Below are positions 25,406 to 46,094 of a stretch of 64,000 nucleotides of DNA, in pieces. The DNA lies in assembly GCA_963924565.1 (NCBI GenBank), contig OZ004615.1, forward strand, positions 6,882,001 to 6,946,000. The letters are read 5' to 3'. Every line of letters starts with the position of its first letter. The stretch's first letter is position 1. The stretch is from Ascidiella aspersa (lineage: Eukaryota). The position numbers and the translations under genes were made by a program. The notes under the pieces were generated by a model. It saw only the letters and a program-made list of their open reading frames with translations, made no database searches and had not been told where the DNA came from.

Positions 25406-28400
25406 GTATAAGTAAATTAATACACCGTGTAAAATCAGCCGCTTGTGCTGTAAGTTTTAATCAGAGACACCTTTTAATGCTTTAGCTGTGGGCTGCGGGT
25501 GTTTGTGGCACTCAGACTGTGGCGTCGTGTGCCCACTAATCACTACCGAGTCATTTTGCCGCTAATCCCACAGAGTAAACGACAACAAACTTGTCGCGGT
25601 GCAAAGAAAACAGTCGCTGAATCTTTGGGCGAGTGACCGAGTGTGCATTGCAATTAACGATGATTGCATGCGTTTTTGGCGGTTTCGCCTGGCTATATAT
25701 GGAAAAGACTTGGAGGCTATATTTGACTGGGACTGCGGTATTGGTACAACCTATAAATAGCACCGATGCCAATTGGCACAAATCAAATTGGTCGCCTCTG
25801 CTTGTCGTATCCATTCGGAAGTGTTTAGGAGACCTTCGGACCAAAAAGAGAAAAACTGAATTGTTTACGAAACACCATAAACTACGATTCGACCGAACAA
25901 AAATATTAAGGTTTTCCAAAATTAACAGACTCTACTGATTAAGGATCAAAAAATACTAACTAAAATTAAAATTAGTGGAAAACGCCTAACGCGCACTGTT
26001 TTACACAGTATTTAATTTTACCGCTAAATATTTTTTGTCGCAATGCACGGATTTCCCGTTTTAACGTTGAGTCGTTAAAAAAGCAGGTGTGGTGAGTTGA
26101 GCTTTAGATTGACGATTAGTTAGCACCCCAAACAAAATATAATGTTCAAACGGTAGCTTATTTAATTATGCACAGTCCCGTTTTCTATCCTAATTCATTG
26201 TCATTTTGAACGATAACCATGTGGAGCTTTTGTGACGAGCGCATTAAATGGCCTGGTTGTTCACACCCGCGAAGAAGAAGCGGTCTATCAAAATCGAAGC
26301 CGCATCGGCCGATTAATAAACACAGCGATCTAGAGGTGCCGCGGTGTCTTCTCGTCAAAAAGCCGGCGCTGGTCGAAAGCGTATTAAGCGAGACCACACG
26401 GGAGCTCTTGCTTACAGGCGCACACCGCGAAACGCGCGTAATTGCCGGGCGTATTAAAGGTGCGACACTTGGCGCTACGCAGAGCCGAGCGAGAAAGCAG
26501 CGTCGCCCAGGTTGGTCGGTTTATCTTGCCAGGGCGGCGAACGGGCCGCTGACAATTTCTGGGTTTTGATCTTTGCGTTTTGTTTGCGCTTTGTCGTCGG
26601 CTGGCGACAGGCTGGCGCCGCGCGCTGGGACCCTGCCGCCGGATAACCACCTGCCGCCGCTTGCGCGCGCCAATAACTCGCAGTGTTTACCATTCCCCGC
26701 TCGCCCGAAAGCAGCTGTTAGCTCGCCACCTCGCCCGCTCCGCCGCGCCGCCGCCTTCTCTTGCCTTCTCCCGGCACCGAGCCGCCTTGGCGCCACGCGG
26801 TCTTGTAATTTCGCGTATCGGGAATCTTTCATTGACTCCGGCACGGGCCCGCCGGCAGCGCTTGGAGTCTTGATCTGGCAAACGAGCCAGCGAGTGCGCG
26901 CGAGAAAAAGAGAGCCCTGTATTTATCTTTCCCCCTCTCGCATCCCTCTGCCTTGTGTCTCTGACGAAGCGCCGCTGCCTCCCGGGCGCATTGTTAGAGC
27001 TCGTCGCGGTGTGCGCGTGGCGCCAGCCAGTCTGAGGCGGCGCGGCACGAAACAAAAGCCAAGAAAATCTGGAAGCGACAACCCCCCTCCGATGATCGCC
27101 TGTTTAACGCTCGCCTCCCGATCACCAAAAGCACACACACGCACGGGCAAATACGACTCCCTTCTGCCACTCTAAAATGCGACCTGCAACCGTCGGGTTC
27201 TTTCTCACGCCGCTCGCCGCTTCTTCGATTCATTCGCTGCAAAGCGATCGGACGACGAGCTTTTAGGGCGAACGGGAAGTGTCGTGTTAGCGGCGTCCGC
27301 GATTACTGTCATGCCCGTCATCGCCGAGACGAACTTTTCCCGTTTGGATCAGACCAACGGCGGGTTATTAGCCCGTTGGAATCGCTTGGAATTGCTACAA
27401 TGTGCGAAAAAATCGAGTCTAAACGACCGACTTTGAACTGCAAAGTTCGGGTCGAAATACGGATCCAGAAACATGTTTTTATCAGAAAGACACATTGCCT
27501 CAACAGTGCCTTATGCTTTTGAAAACGCATTTTAACGGCACACACATAACTAGGAGTTTCTCGGGAAGACTGCCAACAAGAAAAATATTATTTTAACTTT
27601 GATGAGTAAAATTTTTTAAATCTTAAATAAGCTTTTCAACTGACTTTTTATTATAAAGCTAGCAAACGAAACAGGGAACACATTAAAGAATGATATTAAA
27701 AAATAGAGGAGGATATTCCATTTTTAAGTAACGCTAAAACGCACTGTCAGGTGCCAACCGGACCTAAACGGGTGTTCATGTTGGTACGCATGGATAATTT
27801 GTATTGCAGTAGAATCATGTTGTCATGTGATGTCAAACAAACCGACATCGATTTTATAAGTAACAATCAACGATAGCCATTGTCCAATTTTTTGAAAATT
27901 GACCACTCAGTAAAAATGGCGTCGAGAAAATATTTTGCCGTTTGCTCTATAGCGCCTCCAGCGACCTAATATTTTGGATAAAAACAGTGAAACTATAACA
28001 GTCAAGACAAATTCAGATACGAAGGCACACACGAAGGGATTTAGGCTGTGAAACATCTATCATATTAAAACCATTCACAATACAGGGTCTGTCGCATTAT
28101 TACGATTTCTAATTAATATTAGTCACGTTTTCGAAGTCTATTTGTTTGTTTTAAAGGCCGATAAATAGAAACTTACAGCACATGCATCTTATCAGATAAA
28201 TTAAACGAATTTAGAACATTAAACCACAACCAATAAAGGAAATTCGGTTCGATGGTAAACAAAAAGTGCGTCTATATTTTCTGGTATTTACCACTTAAAC
28301 ATAATAAAATGTATAACAAATATTTTGCCAACTCTGCAAACAACACGATAAAGTATACTACAAAATAAGTCTATATATATTTGATTTTCCTAAACGCTGC

Positions 28401-30253
28401 TTCATACAATTAGCTAAATTGAACGACACTTCTCTGAACTGCAAAGCTCAATAGGCGAAAACTATTCTTTTTTGCAACTAGAAAATATTTGTACGAATAT
28501 AGCTCATTTCTCTAAAAAAACACTTAGCTCTATTCAAAGTAACGATCTCAAACTCAAATTATTTCGTATAGGCCAAAACAAAACATGTACAGCACGTTAA
28601 ACCGGGGGCCAAACTAACCTGGACTCGAAAGCTTTGCCTAGGAATTACAACCTGGCACAACGGAATACAGTAAGCAAAACACATTCTAAGATTAACCACG
28701 TTTTTGTTCTGTTAACTCTTTGTGACATCACCATCTATATTGCTGCGCTTGTGAGGTCTGCTTTTTTTTCGGCTTACGTCCGTTATAATTCACTGAGCCT
28801 AGCATAACACCAACATCTGTTGCAGTCTTGATGAACCAGTGTCAGATATAATCTTTTAAATAAGATTTGCTATTGGCCTAAGAATAAATACGACATGAAT
28901 TTTTTAAAATGCTTTGTAAATACGACGGAAAACACTAAAATTCTCCTAAGACAATAACGCATATTATATATAATATTTTCATTTAATTTCGTTTAAAATC
29001 ACAACGCAAAACATCAAGAGCAGTATTGAAGAAGATAACACGAAAACGCCTTTTGCAAAGAAGGGGCAATGTTTCTTATTAAGCAATTTTACAACTCAGT
29101 AAAGGAATCACAACATTTGAGCAGCTGCAAAATAAAGCGACGGACAAGACGAATGAATAAATTCGGGCAGTAAATAAAATTTATAAAACAATTGTAAAAC
29201 TCTAAAACAACGCACAAAACACGAATGTATAATCACAGAATAAAAAACAAATCATCAATCGAACTCAAAACACGACAAAATAAAAAAAACTTAAAACACG
29301 ACACATGGAATGGGCTATAGCTGCGTCTCGAACAACTAACACTGTAAAAAATCTGTGTAACGTAGTTCACCCAAACAAATAGAAACACATCAGTTACACA
29401 ATTATTTTTAGTGGCAGGATTGTCCAGTGGTGAACAAATTGGTGAAAGATTAACTGACATTGGAGAATCGACAAGTGAAATAAAGTTGTGCACAATAATT
29501 TTGGATCGAAATTGGTGAGATTGCGCAATCGAGGACGAACTTAACAGTATTGCCCTGATTAGTTATTAGTCCTTGATAATCAACGCATGTAAAATTTCTT
29601 ACAAATATGGGTTTGGGCAAAACAAACCTACAAATTGAACAAATTTGAATTTAATTCCAACGCCTAAAATAGTTAAAGCTATAAATTCGTCTCGTTGGTG
29701 TATTAAAACGATGTTTTTTTTAAATTTCGGCAAACCCTTCAGTTAATTTATAACATTTTGGCCTGTTAACCTAACCAGCTCAGATTTAGCAGTAAGCCAA
29801 AATGGTACCAGAAATTTAAGTCATAAAAGTTGAAGATCCTGGATAAAACGTTTAAGTATTGTTTCAATCATTATGTGGAACACATACGATATCAGAATAG
29901 ATTTCTTCAAACAATGCAGCGAAAAACGATTGTTTTGTGATAACGGAGTGGTGGCATTGGCCCAAGGGCGTAAGTTCGACTCTATCTCAAGCAAACAGAT
30001 TAAGAGCAGAAATCAGAAGTTAATTCAAATAGGAAAACATACAGGATGCCTGTAAGTACACCAAACTACGCATGGCTTCATTAAGAGAAATATAGCGCCA
30101 GGTTTTTTTCCAGCATTGATTAAACAAACTAAAATTCCTCGCTTAAGGAGTAAGTACCGTTTTTCACGACCGCCTGCTGCACTGTTTAGGGAAGAAATAC
30201 AACGACATCATTCGTAGTGAAAAAAAAAAAAACGGTGCCGAGTGAAATTGATT

Positions 30254-39280
<9,027 letters not shown>

Positions 39281-39799
39281 GATAAAAGGTTATTTAAAAA
39301 ATTAAAAATAAAATCTAAAAAGGCTTTTACCAGTAAAATCTACAAATAAAATAAATGTTTTAGGTCAAACTACTTAAGTATTTACATTTAAGGTCATCTA
39401 CCTCCTTTTGTACAACTTAAAATCTGTCATACATCTAAAACACAGCCTTCAACTGAGCTCATTTACAGTTTGTGTATACAGCGGATTCTAAAATGTGACA
39501 GGATACGGATACTAAAGTCAAGAGACCGCCAGCAGATAATTACCGGTAACTCGTATGGCGCTAAGTTTCAGAGGAACGGCTCTAGTTCGGTCGGCCATTA
39601 TCGCACCATTGCTAGACGACTTACAGCTTATTGGTTCCCTAAACGCAGCAGAAACTACAGTCCAGAAGCCCTAACAAAGGGATTTCACAACACCAGGAAC
39701 CTTCGATCGCCTTCCATCTGTCAGTACTACACACAGCTTCGGCCTTCGGTAATCTTTCTACTACACCGGTTCCCCTTTTTCCTTTTTTCTCTCGTTTAA

Positions 39800-39835
39800 T
39801 TCCCGCCTCATGAAGTCATCGTTCAGCGCGCCAAA
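39800..39835 (-). promoter_or_regulatory. E2F-like sites in the putative CDC7 promoter
   Basis: TTCCCGCC at 39800-39807 and GCGCGCCAAA (TTTGGCGCGC on minus) at 39826-39835, about 0.5 kb upstream of the CDC7 ATG in a CpG-containing patch. CDC7 is an established E2F target. Confidence 0.55.
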
Positions 39836-40246
39836 CGAATCGGTTTCCTCGCCAAGTTAAAAGCGTCTTTCTCATCACAGTACTTGAAATATATCGATAA
39901 GGTAAAATACTGCGGCAAAAACGGTAAAATAAAAATTCCCTTGTTTTAAGATTCCGAATTGCCCTCAATCATCGCCTGAAAAATGCAAAATATTGCAGTA
40001 GAGAAAAACAGCTTAATTATAATGGCCGCCATTCTGTGTCTGTACAAAGAGAGACTCTTTGGTCTGTATAACAGATAAAAAACTAGGCTTACTCACTTAG
40101 CAAAAAAAATGGGAAAGAAACTAAATGAAATCTAAAAAGGAGACAATTTGACCAATGATACTATGCAAAATATGACAGTTATTTAAGCTGTAGGCAACAT
40201 ACCCAACAATTGGGGTATTTATGATGTATATTAAATAGCCCTAGCA

Positions 40247-41145
40247 CAGCGGTTCTCAATCTTTTATGCTCCGTGGCCCCCTTTGATAAGCTCTCAACCC
40301 TCGTGGCCCCCTCTGCTTATAATAAATATTCAACATTGTATTTACGTTTTTCACTTGTTTTACTTCTCCACGTTAGTAACGATTCAGCCATTAAACGAAG
40401 TTCAACGAATGATTAACTTTTTAAATAACTTCAACTTAAAGGTGTTGTTTAAATTAGAGTACATAACTACACGAAAAATGCACAAGAACATAAAACATAA
40501 TAGATACACGAAAATGTTCTTAAAACTTCTATTTTGCCCATACATTGAATGCAATGCAAAACAATGTTGTGTTTTAGCCTACTTATACTTTATCTGAAAT
40601 GTGATTTGTTAATAAGGCAATATATATATTATGCTGCAAAAAATACAAAGTAATTACTACCATTGATGTGTTGCTATTACGTGACAATTACGCTGTGCAT
40701 AACCTCGCTGAATATTGGCCTAAAGTTGACCTTGAGTAACCCCGCAGATAACTTTGCGCGTTTTACGACGGAATGTTTGTTTTGCAACTAAACGCCCTTT
40801 AAGGAAATCTCTGTACCGGTACCTGGCATTACACGTTAGTTTTACACGTTACCCAACAGCATTGACGCTTTTGCTCAGGCGAAAGTTATCGGCCAGTAAT
40901 AGAACGCCCGAAAAAACGCAAACCACGCATATATGGTTTCACTAGAAGCAGCACAGTACTTGTTTCGCCACAGCGATAAGCGGCGTTCATGCATACTTTT
41001 TCGCGAGTAAAGTTCCAATTACCCAACATGAACAGCAGAAGTTTTTTTAATACCGATGGCCAAGCTATAGAGAGTTATGCCCGTGGTCTCCCAATCAACG
41101 CTCCGTGGCCCCCATGGGGGTGAGGGCCACGGTTGAGAAACCCTG
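40247..41145. mobile_element. hAT non-autonomous element, about 0.9 kb
   Basis: TIRs CAGCGGTTCTCAA / TTGAGAAACCCTG; GTGGCCCC subterminal repeats; TSD CCCTAGCA/CCCTACCA; second family member at 56417. Confidence 0.88.
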
Positions 41146-42073
41146 CCCTACCAGTTTTTGTTTTCTCATTTGAGTATCAATAGCGACCAATAAGTCGATA
41201 GTAAAAGTAATCTGCTAAACTAAAAAATTTTTACTCTTCAGAGAGCATTTTAAGCGAAATCAATAACCAACGCGAATGGTTGTTTCGAAAGTGACATTCT
41301 ATAGGCATTTATTATTTGACGGAATATTTGACGTGGGTAGCAATAAGCTAATAGGCACGGAAACAGCATAAACATACTTGGAAAAACGAACAGCATGCCA
41401 TAGTTTGTAAGATTTACCCGGCTAATAAAGTAATTGGAAAAGATTTAGGTAATAAATCGTGCAAATAAGCGAAAACTATGAAAGTTAAATTTACCAACAG
41501 CATAGCCTACAATAGTGACAAGCACAAAAATTATAAAACACGTGATGGATGTTATTTTCCAGTGATGTAAACAAGTGTATTTAAACTGACCTAACGTCCC
41601 AGTCAAGTCATAATTAGAGCAAGTCAAGTCTTTGTCATTAAAATTTAACGTTGAACTATTAAAGTTATTTAAATAGATTTGACACCAAAACGAACATATA
41701 GCAAGCTTTTGTTTTCCAAATCGAGATAAATGACCCCATTTTACAAAAAATAATTCTTAATGAAAATATTTTTTAAGCTTGTCCAAAATTTGTCATAAAG
41801 ACTTATGTCAAGTTAAGTCATTTGTTTGAAAGACTCTATAGTCATGTCATTACAACACTGTTGTTTTCCCTTATATCCCTTTACACTCTATTTTGCATTT
41901 TTGGACTAGCTAACATTTGACAGAACCTGCCGGCAATCGGATATAACGACGGTATTTTCAAATTACAAAAACAACGGCTCGGCCACAATTATTACACGCG
42001 ATATTTTGATGACAAGAAACGTAAAGAGCTTGTCGCTAAAATTAAGGACAAACCAACACTTTTTGGTTTAAAG

Positions 42074-42193
42074 CAGTTTTTCTCAACCTTTTTCGCGCAA
42101 CGACCCGAATAACTAAAGTATATAGCCTAAGTGGGCCATTTCCCATTTCCCTTAACTATACTTTTTTGCAAGCGACCCATTGGTTAAAAACTG
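42074..42193. mobile_element. Short hAT MITE
   Basis: CAGTTTTTCTCAACC...GGTTAAAAACTG with CGACCC motifs; TSD GTTTAAAG/GTTTAAAA. Confidence 0.75.
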
Positions 42194-42917
42194 GTTTAAA
42201 AGAATAAACTACAAAGTCATATATTGACTCGTTGACGAAACACGGCCGAATAGACCTACGTTCAATATTTTGGTCTGCAGAACATCAAGAATAACTAATG
42301 AGTTATGAAAATAGTACCAGCCATCATTTTCTTTTTTTACCAGGCTATACCTTGTCATCTCGTTGAATGTATTGAACGATAAACATTATTCTCCGAAAGA
42401 AAAATAGAAAGGACTTTATTCCACTTTCAAACCCAAAAGTACCACCATACTTTTGGGCCTTAAAAGGTTGATTTAGGCCGTTACCGGAACTCACGCTAAA
42501 GTAACTGTTAATGCTTTTATTTCTTGAATACAAAGCTACACTGCAACCACGAAGATAAAACAAATAACAGCAGATATGTTGTTGAACATTTAAACCGAAA
42601 ATTGAAGATAGGCTACAATAATTTCTAACGCACTTGTACAAGGTATTTACATTATCATAACGTAAATATGTCATAATTATTCTTTAAAACAACATTTTCG
42701 ACAACCCAAATTCTAAAAGTGCTTTGTACAACGTCGATTAAAGAAAAGGTATCCACCAAAAATAAAATTAAATAAATATTTACAGGAGATCACCAACCGT
42801 CAAAAAGACCTGTTTAGCAGTTATGAAAAAAAAGTATTCAAAATTTGCAAACTTGTATCAATGAAAAATAAAGTGTACAAACAGCGGAAAGTACACCGTA
42901 CCACTCTGCAAAATACT

Positions 42918-45900
42918 TCAGAGCAGAATGGCAGTTCTCATCTCTTCCCAAAACACTTCCTCGTCTTCCCCAGGACCCGGATACTGCACTACGCTGTAGG
43001 GATGCTTTCTGGCTCTGTACTTGGCGAAGGAACTGCCACCGACCCCGGGCTCGTAGTTGACCATCACACAGCGATCGCGAGTCCCCGAGTACGCCCAGTC
43101 TTCCAGCACTGAGATCACGTACTTGCACTTGCGAGACGCGCCGAAGCCGTTGGACATGATCACGATGGTCTTTCGACTGGCCTGCATTCGCAAAAGCAAC
43201 TGGTTGAGCGGCGTAGGCCCACAGAAGTCGCTCTGGCCGATGACGCCGATCCGCAAGGGCGGGTTGCCGCCTTGCAGCTTTCCTACAAGGCGGTCGTCCA
43301 GCCAGTCAGAGATAGGCGTGTTGCAAGTGTCATAAACAACGAAACCGTGATATGAGTAGGTCGTGTCACCGTTATCAAGATTGCCGTTTTGGGCAGAAGT
43401 TTCCTCTATGGACTCCCTCTCGTGCCGTTTCCTTATGTTGCCGTGAACCATCTTTGCAAAAATTACTTTAAACCACTTGCTGAATCCTACCGATCCCACA
43501 ATAAACAGAACCAAATTGATCGAGAAGAAAATTGTCAGGTTGAGTAACGCCATGTTGGTTTGACAAAAATAAGAGAGACTGTAGCTAAAAATGGTTTCAA
43601 GCTTTCCGTCTGTCGTGTAGCAAACAAGGCATCCACCGAAATATTCGAACATCTGGTTCGGACAGAAAGGTAAGAAACCCTTAACATACAAGTGATCAAA
43701 TGTGCCAGACCGTATCAGCCATCCAAAGTTGTCACTCATGCTGCAATGACATGCCATCACGTTTCCACGTAAATCCAAGAGCGACAACTGGGTTAAAAGC
43801 TGTTTTGAGTATGTAATGGGCGACAAATCCTCCAACTTGTTAAAGGAAATATCAAGATAGTGCAATTTTGGTAAGTTAAACGAACCCGGAGCTACTGATC
43901 GAATCATGTTGTGTGGAATGGAGAGAACTTCGAGTTGAGAACAGCACCATACAAGGCTCGTGTTTAGAGTTTGTATAAAGTTCCGATCGAGAAGAAGTTT
44001 AGTCAAGTTCGGCAACTCGCGAAGTGCGACGTACGGAAACCATTCCAAACCGTTTCGACTGAGGTCTAATAGAGTGATTGATGGGGTGCCTTTAAAAAAA
44101 TTGTCACCAATTCTCCATCTTAAAAGAGCATTTTGCATCGTCAGTGCAACGATCCTTGGAAACATGGCGTACGTATAGTCGTTACGCAATGAATCAAATC
44201 GTGGAAATGCAGTTCCGGATATATCAAGCTTTCTAACATTTTCGAAAGTGATATTGCGCGCTAAATACCATTTCAATAGGTGATAGATCCCACTGTCACC
44301 ACCCCCTATTTTTAAATATGATTGACCCTTTATAGCAGTTAAAAATTCTAAACTCATATCAGGATCATAGAAAGATCCAAAGATGGCAATGTCGACACTT
44401 GATAAACGTTTGAATGCCAACGGAAATATCATTCGAATTGGATTATAACTCAAGTTAACCGATCTTAGATTACAAAGCGACGAAAATGTGTTGTTTCCAA
44501 TGTAACTTATTTTGTTGTTACTGAGATCGAGAAAAGTAACAAATGTGCTTGCGCCAAAGGTCCGATTTTCCAATCTAGCTATGGAGTTTCTATGCAATGT
44601 GATTAAGTTGTTGTAGTTTCCACTAACTGATAAATCAGTACCGTTACCTTTGCGTTTAACTTCAATTCGACTTTCACTGTAATAGATAGACGAAATTTCG
44701 TTATAAGACAAATCAATGCTTTCCAAATGGATCAATTCATCTAAAGCTCTCATGTCGAACTGTGTAATACCACTACCTCCCAAATAAAGGTTTTTGAAAT
44801 AAGGGAGGTTGGCCAGAGCTACAAAACTTTGGGCGGTGACTTTCCTGTATCGAATTGCATACATGGCGAATTTATCCACATCTTTTTCGTCATATGTCAT
44901 TCCAAGACTCAACGTAAGAAGTGCTGGGAAGCTCTGATACGCACCTCCCAGCATTAGTTCTTCATTTTCGGGTGGTGTGGGGTAATAAGAGAAATTTTGA
45001 CAACGATTATTTGCTGCAAGGTAAATTTTTTTTAGATATGGTAGACTTGGCACCATCGTCGGGTTTAACGTTAGAAATTTAAAGCAATTGAAAGAAAGAT
45101 ACAAAGATCTAAGTGCTTTATTTTTCGCAAGGAAGTTTTTCGGCAGGCTAGTTAGCATGTTAGCAGATAAATCAAGTGCTTCCAAACGTTTTAAATTGTC
45201 CAATGAGCCCGACTGGATTTCCAAAGGTAGAAAATCGTAACTGGATGTCCAGCCTAAACCTAAATAAACGAGGTTCGGTGATACGATGAAATCATCTCTG
45301 TCTAATTGATGTATGGGATTTCCTGTCAAGACAATACACTCCATGCTTTCGACGAAGAGAAATTTCGGCAACGATTTTAAGTTGTTAAAGGAAATGTCGA
45401 GGTAACGGGGTTTGCTGTACTTAAAAGGTTTTCCAGTGACGATAAACTTCCTTGGGCACAGGCTGACAGGCTTCGTTTGTACGCAGTTCGATTGTAACAA
45501 AACTACGTCAAGACTCGTAAGAACGGAAAGCTGCTGTTCGCTAATTGGTACCATGAATGTGTTGCTCAGCACCAGCACTTCGAGGGAAGGTGGCAAGTTT
45601 TCTGGCAACGTAAGCATGGAGTTGTGATTAAGGTCGAGATATTTAAGCCTGGTCAAACGGGAAAAAGCAAGGGGGTGAAATTCCATATGCCCGGCACATT
45701 GCGGTTGGGCAATCTTTGTTTGGGTTTGGCAGTTTACACTCAAGTCCAGGGCTATGAGCGAACGATACCTTGACAAGTCATCGGCGCCGACGTACCTTAT
45801 CAGGTTGCCGTAAAATACCAGTATTTCAACGTTGGGATCGAGAAGCTTCGGTATTTGTTGAATTCCTCGTTGGTGGCAACTAATAAGAGGAGATGGATAT

Positions 45901-46094
45901 TTTGCCCAGTTTGGAAATTTGATTTGTTCGAATGCCTTCTTCGCGGCAAACCCAATTGCATGTTGAAATGAGCGGTTGGTCAGAGGGCTGCATTGATATT
46001 TGCCAAACTGAATCGTTTTCGATTTGTTGTCACTCGCAATAGGCGATATAAAACAATTGATAAATATACACAAAAAAACTAAGATCTGGTTCAT
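42918..46094 (-). CDS. Toll-like receptor, single-exon CDS, about 1058 aa, TLR7/8/9-like ectodomain
   Basis: The uninterrupted ORF's first ATG at 46094 begins a signal peptide (MNQILVFLCIFINCFISPIAS). It has about 26 LRRs, an LRRCT (LDLRGNVMACHC), a transmembrane helix (LLNLTIFFSINLVLFIVGSVGF) and a TIR domain (YHGFVVYD...SRKTIVIMS...FWEEMRTAILL). A candidate 5'UTR intron lies at 46639-46111 (GTAAGT...TTTATACAG). Confidence 0.95.
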   Translation of the reverse strand: MNQILVFLCIFINCFISPIASDNKSKTIQFGKYQCSPLTNRSFQHAIGFAAKKAFEQIKFPNWAKYPSPLISCHQRGIQQIPKLLDPNVEILVFYGNLIRYVGADDLSRYRSLIALDLSVNCQTQTKIAQPQCAGHMEFHPLAFSRLTRLKYLDLNHNSMLTLPENLPPSLEVLVLSNTFMVPISEQQLSVLTSLDVVLLQSNCVQTKPVSLCPRKFIVTGKPFKYSKPRYLDISFNNLKSLPKFLFVESMECIVLTGNPIHQLDRDDFIVSPNLVYLGLGWTSSYDFLPLEIQSGSLDNLKRLEALDLSANMLTSLPKNFLAKNKALRSLYLSFNCFKFLTLNPTMVPSLPYLKKIYLAANNRCQNFSYYPTPPENEELMLGGAYQSFPALLTLSLGMTYDEKDVDKFAMYAIRYRKVTAQSFVALANLPYFKNLYLGGSGITQFDMRALDELIHLESIDLSYNEISSIYYSESRIEVKRKGNGTDLSVSGNYNNLITLHRNSIARLENRTFGASTFVTFLDLSNNKISYIGNNTFSSLCNLRSVNLSYNPIRMIFPLAFKRLSSVDIAIFGSFYDPDMSLEFLTAIKGQSYLKIGGGDSGIYHLLKWYLARNITFENVRKLDISGTAFPRFDSLRNDYTYAMFPRIVALTMQNALLRWRIGDNFFKGTPSITLLDLSRNGLEWFPYVALRELPNLTKLLLDRNFIQTLNTSLVWCCSQLEVLSIPHNMIRSVAPGSFNLPKLHYLDISFNKLEDLSPITYSKQLLTQLSLLDLRGNVMACHCSMSDNFGWLIRSGTFDHLYVKGFLPFCPNQMFEYFGGCLVCYTTDGKLETIFSYSLSYFCQTNMALLNLTIFFSINLVLFIVGSVGFSKWFKVIFAKMVHGNIRKRHERESIEETSAQNGNLDNGDTTYSYHGFVVYDTCNTPISDWLDDRLVGKLQGGNPPLRIGVIGQSDFCGPTPLNQLLLRMQASRKTIVIMSNGFGASRKCKYVISVLEDWAYSGTRDRCVMVNYEPGVGGSSFAKYRARKHPYSVVQYPGPGEDEEVFWEEMRTAILL

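Larger units (their letters stand above)
17500..27400. promoter_or_regulatory. Atoh8 upstream regulatory region: series of CpG/GC-rich non-coding islands (candidate promoter and enhancers)
   Basis: About 10 kb without a recognisable gene. GC-rich blocks (approx. 17560-18800, 19150-19620, 20060-20470, 20890-21090, 21620-22200, 23560-23860, 24640-25080, 26220-27360) contain E-boxes (CAGCTG, CATCTG) and TAATT motifs and are separated by AT-rich DNA and MITEs. Function is inferred from position next to a developmental transcription factor. Confidence 0.45.

Noticed and set aside
26185-27242. Cluster of 80-200 aa ORFs
   Set aside because: They are Arg/Ala/Pro-rich, present on both strands, mostly with non-ATG starts and no domain; this is expected from GC-rich regulatory DNA.
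27745-27795. Hairpin GTGCCAAC/GTTGGTAC as a pre-miRNA
   Set aside because: The stem is too short and interrupted, and it matches no miRNA family I recognise.
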